Assembly (NCBI GenBank): GCA_008080615.1
Contig: VIKJ01000001.1
Span: 16,647-56,914, forward strand
Reading direction: 5' to 3'
DNA: 40,268 nt
DNA from: Chitinophagaceae bacterium
Lineage (GTDB): Bacteria > Bacteroidota > Bacteroidia > Chitinophagales > Chitinophagaceae
Part shown: piece after piece, positions 9,551 through 17,470 of the stretch
How the letters are laid out: each line of letters opens with the position of its first letter
How positions within the stretch are numbered: the first letter of the stretch is position 1
The notes under the pieces: generated by a model
The model's input: the letters and a program-made list of their open reading frames with translations, nothing else
Told to the model about the DNA's origin: nothing
Database searches by the model: none
Translations under genes and position numbers: made by a program

Positions 9551-9589
9551 AAAATCAAACTTTCTACCATAAAAGTTTGATTTTTTTTT
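9551..9589 (+). terminator. Intrinsic terminator-like hairpin after the small ORF
   Basis: AAAATCAAACTTT-CTACCATA-AAAGTTTGATTTT is a perfect 13-bp but AT-rich stem running into a 9-T tract. Confidence 0.55.
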
Positions 9590-9612
9590 GGTCTATTATC
9601 TTATCTTCGATG

Positions 9613-9640
9613 AAAATAGTTGCATAACTAACTATTTTTG
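9613..9640 (+). promoter_or_regulatory. Inverted-repeat operator overlapping the -7 element of the fadN-like gene
   Basis: AAAATAGTT-N8-AACTATTTT; the right arm overlaps TATTTTTG (9633-9640), which matches TAnnTTTG. Confidence 0.55.
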
Positions 9641-9673
9641 CCATTCAATCTAACTACGTATAAATTGATACAA

Positions 9674-12003
9674 ATGCAACGTTCTATTAAAAAAGTAGCG
9701 GTTTTAGGAAGTGGAGTAATGGGCTCTAGGATTGCCTGTCATTTTGCAGGCATTGGACTGCCCGTATTATTACTAGATATGGTTCCTGCCACCGCAAAGG
9801 AAAGCACTAAACCAGCAGAAAGGAATAAATTAGTGAATGACGCATTACAAGCTGCTATTAAGAGCAACCCCTCTCCTGTTTTTACCAAACAAGTAGTGAA
9901 CAAAATTAAAACAGGCAATTTTGATGATAACTTAAAAGAGATTGCCAGTTGCGATTGGATCATAGAAGTTGTTGTAGAAAGATTGGATATTAAACAACTG
10001 ATTTACGAAAAAGTAGAGCAGTTTAGAACACCCGGCACTTTAATTACTTCGAATACTTCTGGAATACCCATTCATTTAATGGCCGAAGGAAGATCTGAAG
10101 ATTTTAAAAAGCATTTTTGCGGAACCCATTTCTTTAACCCACCTAGGTATTTAAGGTTGTTGGAAATTATTCCAACCCCACATACTAGCCCCGAAGTGGT
10201 TGATTTTTTAATGCACTACGGAGACCTCCATTTAGGAAAAACAACCGTGTTGTGTAAAGACACGCCTGCTTTTATTGCCAATAGAATTGGAGTATTCAGC
10301 ATCATGAGTATTTTCCATATCATGGATCAACAAAAATTATCTATTGATGAAATTGATGCACTAACCGGGCCAATCATAGGTCGCCCAAAATCGGCTACAT
10401 TTAGAACAGCAGATGTGGTAGGAATTGATACGCTAGTAAAAGTAGCAAAGGGAGTTGCAGACAATTGCCCAACTGATGAAGCCAAAACTATATTCACCAT
10501 TCCAGCATGGTTAGAAAAAATTATTGCGAATAATTGGCTGGGAGATAAAACAGGTCAGGGATTCTTTAAAAAAACCAAGTCGGCAGCAGGCAAAGAAATT
10601 CTTACACTAAACCTTGGTACCATGGAATATGGTGCAAGGGTTAAACCAAAGTTTGCCAGCATTGAAGCAGCTAAACCTGTTGAAGATTTAAAGCAGCGTA
10701 TTAAAATGCTAAGCGGCGCTACGGATAAGGCTGGTGATTTTTACAGAGCATTTCACTTTTCATTGTTTTCATATATCTCTTTTAGAATACCAGAAATTAG
10801 TGATGAGATTTATCGTTTAGATGACGCCATGATGGCTGGATTTGGTTGGGAAATTGGGGCATTTGAAAGTTGGGACACAGTAGGTTTTGCCAAAACAGTA
10901 GAAGCCATGAAAACGGCTGGTATTGAAGTTGCTCCATGGATACATGAAATGCTAGCTGCAGGAATTACTCAATTCTATAAAGTAGAAAATGGTAAGCGCA
11001 TGTATTATGATGTTGCTACCAAAACTTATAAAGTAATTCCTGGTGGAGAATCATTCTTGATCTTAAAAAATCACCATGACAAACTAGTATGGAAAAACTC
11101 CGCTTGCAAAATGACGGATATTGGTGATGGTGTTGCAGGTTTTGAATGGAGCACAAAAATGAATAGCATTGGCGGAGAAGTATTAGAAGGATTAAATAAA
11201 GCCATCGGTATTGCTGAGAATCAATTTAAAGGATTGGTGATTGCCAATGATGGACCCAATTTTAGTGCTGGTGCCAATGTTGGAATGATCTTTATGTTGG
11301 CCATAGAACAAGAGTATGATGAGTTAGATATGGCCATCAGAATGTTTCAAAATAGCATGATGCGTTTGCGTTATTCATCTATTCCTGTAGTTACAGCCCC
11401 TCATGGCTTAGCATTGGGAGGTGGTTGTGAAATAAACCTGCATGCAGACAAAGTATGTGCTGCTGCAGAAACCTATATAGGATTGGTTGAATTGGGCGTT
11501 GGACTGATACCTGGTGGTGGTGGTACTAAAGAATTTGCTTTAAGAGCCGGAGATGAATTACATGACGACGAACCAGAAACCAACACATTAAAAAAACGAT
11601 TTTTTGCCATTGCTACTGCTAACCTGGGCAAGATGAAGTAGTGATGAATATTGGCAGAAGAATAGCAGAAGCTAAAAAAAGTGTACTTGAATTGCATGAG
11701 CAGGGCTATAATATACCAGCTGCACGCAATGATGTAAAAGTAGTAGGACGTGCAGGATTAGGCGCAATGCTTGCAGGCATTAATGGGATGTGGCGTGGTG
11801 GATACGCAACAGATCACGACGCATTAGTGGCACGCAAATTGGCCTATGTAATGTGTGGTGGAGATTTGAGCGAACAAAGTTTAGTGAGCGAACAATACCT
11901 ATTAGATTTAGAAAGGGAGGCATTCTTAAGCCTTTGCGGTGAAAAGAAAACCCTTGAAAGAATTCAAAGTGTATTGAAAAGTGGCAGACCTATTCGCAAT
12001 TAA
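9674..12003 (+). pseudogene. fadN: 3-hydroxyacyl-CoA dehydrogenase / enoyl-CoA hydratase fusion (FadN-like), frameshifted at ~11622 (true pseudogene or assembly error)
   Basis: VAVLGSGVMG, TSNTSG, THFFNP, FIANRIG and a crotonase part (FSAGAN, LGGGCE, LIPGGGG). The C-terminus (LDLEREAFLSLCGE...GRPIRN) continues in another frame from 11623. Confidence 0.85.
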
Positions 12004-13568
12004 CGAATACTGTATATAATCCAGTTATTGGTTTCAAAAACCCTGTAGGTAGATAGCTTCAGTCTTTCCTTCATGATGCCAATATTATAGGCATTTAATA
12101 CGGTAAAGTTGTGCAAGCGATTGTTTCTTTTTGCCACCACAATATATTGTGCTGTAAGTACAGGATTCTCAATAACTGTAACAAAGCTTTTTTGCATTGG
12201 CAGCACCAGGCCATCTAAAGTTTGCAAGTGTGCAACTATACCAAAAGCAGAAGCATCATCAATTAATACTGGGGTTTTATTGGTAGCAACTGTTGCCACA
12301 TAATCTGCAACCTGTTGCAATTCCGAACTCTTTTTTGGTTCAAAAACTTGTTCAACCTTAGTAAGAGAAGATAAAAAATCTTGCTCTTCTTGATCATTGG
12401 TTTCATTAAAATAGTAAACACCAGCAAATAAGCTCAAAACGGTTGTACCTACAAGCAATATTGGAGTAAGTTTTTTTCCAAACCTTTCAGCACCAAAAAA
12501 AGTAAGTGCCGCTATTCCAATTAAATTAATGATGATATAATATTCTACCGTAAAATAATATTTTACATCTACCAATATAATAGAGAAAAAAATCAACGGT
12601 GTTAAAATGGTAAATAGCTCATATAATTTACCTCTGAATAAAATAAGCGAGAGAATAAATAAGGGGGCTAAAAAAACGGTGAATGTTTGAAAAATAATTT
12701 GGGTTTGCATGGAAATATTGCTTCCATTTACACCTTCCAAAATGGTATTTAATGCAGTGGTTCCTGTAACGCGCCAGTTGGCATATTGACTAGTTAAAAA
12801 ATAAGTTGCATCCCCTGCGTGAGCTGCATTGAGCGTTCTGAAAAGGTATACAGCGCCAAGCGGTAACAAGAATAAAATCAAATACAGGGCAACTGTTCTA
12901 TTGGCTAATTTACGGCGAAGTGACCGATTGTTTAATGCTTGAAAATATTGAAAAACAAAGGGCTCTTCTTTGGATACTTTAATGCCCTCAATAGAAATCA
13001 ACATTACAAATGGAAAGAAAGAAAGCAACATCCATAGAAAATTAATTTCTGTAAAAATTAGCCCCGTTAAATAAATACTAGCGAGTGACAAATAATAGGT
13101 TGTTTGACTTTTATAGTAGTTAAATAAACTTCTGAATAGCATATAAAAAAACAACATAATACCAGCTACGTTTCTACCACTAACCGCAGAAAAAATAAAC
13201 ATTGGATGAAGAAAAAACAAAATAGTAATACAGATGAACAATGTTTTAATTGGTAAATTAGAATCATTAATATCTTTTACCATAAAAAAATACAACACAC
13301 TCATCATTACAATTGATGTAGCAATAGGAGCAAATAAATAGCCAAAGGGAGAGAAAACAATAGAGCCTATGAAAAATGTACTTGGATAAGTTGTTCCAAG
13401 TGTAAGCAATGTATTTTCCTTGTATTCAAAAAGTAATTTTAATTTTTCTGCATAGAACAAACTTTCGGAATGTTCATACCCGCTTCTATGCAATAGCCAA
13501 GCCATTATGATATAGTAAAATACCAGCAGCAATGAAACGATTCGTATTTGGCTATTTGATATACGCAT
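12000..13568 (-). CDS. Polytopic membrane protein, GT-C / PMT (GT39)-like architecture
   Basis: About ten or more hydrophobic segments, an acidic first loop (GYEHSESL) after TM1 and a soluble C-terminal domain (VLIDDASAF). Translationally coupled (TAATG) to the GT2. Confidence 0.55.
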   Translation of the reverse strand: MRISNSQIRIVSLLLVFYYIIMAWLLHRSGYEHSESLFYAEKLKLLFEYKENTLLTLGTTYPSTFFIGSIVFSPFGYLFAPIATSIVMMSVLYFFMVKDINDSNLPIKTLFICITILFFLHPMFIFSAVSGRNVAGIMLFFYMLFRSLFNYYKSQTTYYLSLASIYLTGLIFTEINFLWMLLSFFPFVMLISIEGIKVSKEEPFVFQYFQALNNRSLRRKLANRTVALYLILFLLPLGAVYLFRTLNAAHAGDATYFLTSQYANWRVTGTTALNTILEGVNGSNISMQTQIIFQTFTVFLAPLFILSLILFRGKLYELFTILTPLIFFSIILVDVKYYFTVEYYIIINLIGIAALTFFGAERFGKKLTPILLVGTTVLSLFAGVYYFNETNDQEEQDFLSSLTKVEQVFEPKKSSELQQVADYVATVATNKTPVLIDDASAFGIVAHLQTLDGLVLPMQKSFVTVIENPVLTAQYIVVAKRNNRLHNFTVLNAYNIGIMKERLKLSTYRVFETNNWIIYSIR

Positions 13569-15415
13569 TATTCTTTGTTTGCATTTTCAACAGCTGCTAC
13601 TGCCGCTGCTGCGGATGCCGAATGTGATACTTTTGTTAACCCATGATTGGTTTTTTCCCAATAGAAGGGCTTATAAATCAATTGCCATAATCCTTTATAA
13701 GCTGCAATAGAGTGCATCAGCCAATAAAATGGATTCAACATGGCAAATAAAATCAGCTCGTAATACCTTCTTTTAAATACAGCCAACATATTGATGTAAA
13801 TCATTAAAGTATTCCCAGCTATAAAGTTGAAAATAGAAATATATAAAACCCAGTCGGGGAATAAAATTTTTACCGATTGCAAATCAAAGATTAAATACAC
13901 TGCATAAAATGAAAGCAATACAGGATACAACAAAAACGTAATAGGCGTAAAGCTTACAAAGAAGTTAAATCCAAAGAAACCCCTCCAACCAATTTTACCT
14001 ACCAGCTTTACCGGATTACGCATATGTACAAGGGTTGTTTGCATATAGCCTTTAATCCATCTGGAGCGCTGGCGAATCCAGTTAAAAGGTTCATTATTGG
14101 CTTCCTCTAATGTGGTACTATTTACTACCCCTACCTTGTATCTTTTTTCAAATACCCTCAACCCCAAATCGGCATCTTCCGTAACGTTAAATGGATCCCA
14201 TCCGCCCAATTCCCTTAATTTATCTAGTTTAAAGTGATTAGAAGTTCCGCCCAATGGAATAGGTACGTCTAGGGATTGTAATCCAGGCAACATATAGTCG
14301 AACCAATAAGAGTATTCCAATGTAAACATACGGGTAAGTACGTTTTCATTTTTATTGAAATAATTTAATGCGCCTTGTAAAACAATATAGTCTTTGGGAA
14401 GTTTCCTAAATAAACAAACTACTTTTTTAAGTTGGTCAGAATCGGGTACATCTTCGGCATCATAAATAGTAAGGTATTTACCCTTACAATAGAATAACCC
14501 ATAGTTACAGGCTTTGGGCTTTGTTTTGGGCATGTGAAAAGGAACCACAATGGTTTCGAAGTTGGCAGGAAAATCTAGATTTCTTACCGCATTGAGGGTT
14601 TTATCATCATCCTCTTCAATCAATAATTTAACGTCTAGTTTTCCTCTGGGATAATCTAAACTTCGTAGGTTCCAAATGAGCTTACGAATGAGTTTGTCTT
14701 CTTTATATACGGGAAGTAAAATGGTATAAACAGGAAGACTATCATTTTCAATCAACTTTAATTCGGCCTTGGTTACAGTTTCTTGTAATTCATACCTAGA
14801 GCCTTTTAAGGCAATGTATAATTTAAATAGAATCGCAAACAAAAAGAAACCGCTAAAAAAGAGGTTGAAGAAAATGAAAATATTTACAAAATTGATGGTT
14901 AGTAATGCCAATGATAAGGCAATAAAAAAGAAGATAAAAACCAATTGGGCATCAGTAAACGTAATCAACCCAGAACTATCTGGATCTTTTTTCATCAAAC
15001 TAAATACCGCTTCTTTTACAAAAAACTCTCCACGCAATTTGTGCACCATCCAAGTAATATCCAAATCGGAAGCAGCTACAAATTTTACTTTTAAATTGAA
15101 TTTAATTTCGAGTGTACTTTGCAATTTTTCATCCAACGGATCGGCAGCTGCTACAATTAAATTTCCTTTACCATCATTGCGGATGGGTAAAAACAAATAG
15201 GCATTCAATTGAATTAAATCACATTGTTCTACAAAGGATTCATCAATTACTTCATTTCTTACATCAATTAACGGAAACCCTGCCCTATCCAAAAAAGACA
15301 CATAATCTTTTCGGGTAAGAAAGCCAAAGTTCAATGCTGCCTTGATATTGGCATAGTCGAACTCTTCGGCAATCTGCTCTATTTGCTGCAGCTTACCTGT
15401 TGTGAACAAGCCCAC
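13568..15415 (-). CDS. Processive family-2 glycosyltransferase (polysaccharide synthase) with an N-terminal T2SSE_N/MshEN-like domain
   Basis: LLPVYKE, EEDD, KTKPKACN, YDAED, LGGTSNHF, TEDAD and RQRSRW give the D,D,D,QxxRW set, with flanking TM helices. The N-terminal LFLPI...LIVAAADP...VAAS pattern is that of GspE/PilB N-domains. The start is uncertain. Confidence 0.88.
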   Translation of the reverse strand: MGLFTTGKLQQIEQIAEEFDYANIKAALNFGFLTRKDYVSFLDRAGFPLIDVRNEVIDESFVEQCDLIQLNAYLFLPIRNDGKGNLIVAAADPLDEKLQSTLEIKFNLKVKFVAASDLDITWMVHKLRGEFFVKEAVFSLMKKDPDSSGLITFTDAQLVFIFFFIALSLALLTINFVNIFIFFNLFFSGFFLFAILFKLYIALKGSRYELQETVTKAELKLIENDSLPVYTILLPVYKEDKLIRKLIWNLRSLDYPRGKLDVKLLIEEDDDKTLNAVRNLDFPANFETIVVPFHMPKTKPKACNYGLFYCKGKYLTIYDAEDVPDSDQLKKVVCLFRKLPKDYIVLQGALNYFNKNENVLTRMFTLEYSYWFDYMLPGLQSLDVPIPLGGTSNHFKLDKLRELGGWDPFNVTEDADLGLRVFEKRYKVGVVNSTTLEEANNEPFNWIRQRSRWIKGYMQTTLVHMRNPVKLVGKIGWRGFFGFNFFVSFTPITFLLYPVLLSFYAVYLIFDLQSVKILFPDWVLYISIFNFIAGNTLMIYINMLAVFKRRYYELILFAMLNPFYWLMHSIAAYKGLWQLIYKPFYWEKTNHGLTKVSHSASAAAAVAAVENANKE

Positions 15416-15428
15416 ACCATTTAAGCCA

Positions 15429-17453
15429 TTAAATAATTTCCTGTGATTTTTTCACACGCTTTCTTACAAAGAAGAACGCAGCAATCAACAGGAGCACCAA
15501 GCCACCCAGTATAAAAAACTTATAGTTATTCCAAATAATTGCCAAACTGTTTTTATCCCCTCTATAAGTTACAATACCCGAGTTATCTGGCAACTTAAAG
15601 AAGAAATTACTCTTACCCTTACTATTGGCCACACATACATTGCTTTCAATAGAAGAATACTGAGATCCAAAGCTTTTGATAACCCCTTCAAAGGCATCAC
15701 TTACGAGGCTATCTCCTAAAGAAGTAACTACTAAGAAAGTGGTTTGCCCTTGTTTAAATATTTGCGCAATACCACTATTAGCAAAGTCATTGATAGAATA
15801 AGAGGTTTGCCCGCTTACATCTTTATACAACTGAAAATCTTTATTAAATTGAACCGGTAGTGAAGTACTAAAGTTCTTAATAAAGGCATCATTTCGATGG
15901 GTAAGAACAATGGCATTGTAGTTTCTTAAATCTTCCATAGAAGCTTTATCGGTAGAAACCATTTCAGGAATACTGAGGTAATTAGCTACCACTGTTGTTG
16001 TATTCAGTTGCGTAATTAATTGACCCATTGAAGATGCCAATTGAGGAATCAGCGAAGGGCTAACAATAAACTTCAACGCACGCTTGCGGAATTCACCAGG
16101 ATAGTTAAAGAAATTATAGAATTCATTGGCTTTTTCACCCGAGAAAATAAGGCTAGATGTTTTAACATCTATGAATCCAAAGAAATTGGCAAAGCCCTCT
16201 TTACAAATATTACCTGCACCATGAAAACGCATTTCAACTACTAATGAATTGTTTTTAGTAAGTAAGTACGGCTTTAAATCAATATCACCAACAAAGCTGG
16301 TTTTATCGTGTAAATCTGTACTAAATACCAGGTTCTCATTTAAGTAAACGTTTAAGAAACCCCTATCACCCTTATTTAAAAGAGACAACATGGCTTCTAA
16401 GTGAAAAGTGAGTTTTTTTGGAATGGCATTGTAATCGGCCAGTGAAAATGCATAGTTTGTTTTCAATGCGCCAATACCTTCCATAATTCTAGGCGTTCCG
16501 CCTAACTCTTCCAAAGAGAAAACAACTGGCAATGGATTTTTATCGAAATAATGTGGAATACCATTGTCAATAACCATTTTGGTAGAGAAACTGCTATTGA
16601 TGATTTTATAATTACAGAGTGTATTGATTGCTTTTTTATAACCTTCCTGATCTTTACCAGAAACTACCAATACATGCCTGCTATCCCCATAAGGCTGAAG
16701 GTTCATAATAATACCCTGCCCATTTTGAATATCGGGTAATTGGTTTCGGATGAAGGCAGGTAATTTACTAATCAAACCTGTAATAATGGTATTGCTTACT
16801 GTATCAGATTCACTGTAATTATCCGTTACAATCTCATCCAGAGAAGCTTTTTGCTTGATCAATGCATACAATACACCTCCTGACAATAAATCGTCTAAGT
16901 CGGCACTTTTTGGCGTACTGATACGATTGTATTCTAAAATGGTTTCTTTTAAACTATAATTAAACGAAGCGGCGTCTTGTTTTCTCAAAGACAAAAAACT
17001 AGAGTTTCTTACTGTTAACCAAATGGCAGGATTGTCTACATCTTTACAATATTCATCCGACATGGCCATTTTAGCATCTACTCGCATTTTAATGAAACGA
17101 CCATCTGGCTGAACAAAACGCTTGTCTAAAGGTATCTCGATGGTCATCACAGAATCCAGGGCGGTGAATTCTAAACGCTGGGTAAATACAGGCTCATCCC
17201 TTAAAGACACAGTTACAGCAGAGATATTTTTATTCAATACCTGTGAAGGACGAACTTTCAATACCAGTTTACTATTGTTGATATCGTCTCTGGGCTGCAA
17301 CTTTAAAAAGTAAGTGAGTGCACCAGCAATACCGGTGATAGACTCATTGCGGTAACCCATATCTTCCAATGAACGCAGTTGGGCGTATTCCTGGCCAAAT
17401 AAGCCAGACATTGTTAACGCGAACAACATCAATAGGGTAAGTTTCGATTTCAT
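15429..17453 (-). CDS. BcsB-like periplasmic co-polymerase subunit
   Basis: Signal peptide ending ...GLFG|Q; two similar beta-rich modules (SLEDMGY.../SLEELGG...; VTVSLRDEPV/LNVYLNENLV); CKDVDNPAIWLTVRNSSFL motif typical of BcsB; C-terminal TM anchor with a basic tail. Confidence 0.75.
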   Translation of the reverse strand: MKSKLTLLMLFALTMSGLFGQEYAQLRSLEDMGYRNESITGIAGALTYFLKLQPRDDINNSKLVLKVRPSQVLNKNISAVTVSLRDEPVFTQRLEFTALDSVMTIEIPLDKRFVQPDGRFIKMRVDAKMAMSDEYCKDVDNPAIWLTVRNSSFLSLRKQDAASFNYSLKETILEYNRISTPKSADLDDLLSGGVLYALIKQKASLDEIVTDNYSESDTVSNTIITGLISKLPAFIRNQLPDIQNGQGIIMNLQPYGDSRHVLVVSGKDQEGYKKAINTLCNYKIINSSFSTKMVIDNGIPHYFDKNPLPVVFSLEELGGTPRIMEGIGALKTNYAFSLADYNAIPKKLTFHLEAMLSLLNKGDRGFLNVYLNENLVFSTDLHDKTSFVGDIDLKPYLLTKNNSLVVEMRFHGAGNICKEGFANFFGFIDVKTSSLIFSGEKANEFYNFFNYPGEFRKRALKFIVSPSLIPQLASSMGQLITQLNTTTVVANYLSIPEMVSTDKASMEDLRNYNAIVLTHRNDAFIKNFSTSLPVQFNKDFQLYKDVSGQTSYSINDFANSGIAQIFKQGQTTFLVVTSLGDSLVSDAFEGVIKSFGSQYSSIESNVCVANSKGKSNFFFKLPDNSGIVTYRGDKNSLAIIWNNYKFFILGGLVLLLIAAFFFVRKRVKKSQEII

Positions 17454-17470
17454 AGAGTAGGTATTTAGAA

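Noticed and set aside
11611-11645. Programmed ribosomal frameshift in fadN
   Set aside because: No slippery heptamer is present, and conserved residues are missing at the junction, which fits a deletion.
13590-13625. GCN-rich stretch at the GT2 3' end
   Set aside because: It simply encodes an Ala-rich tail; it is imperfect and not a phase-variable repeat.
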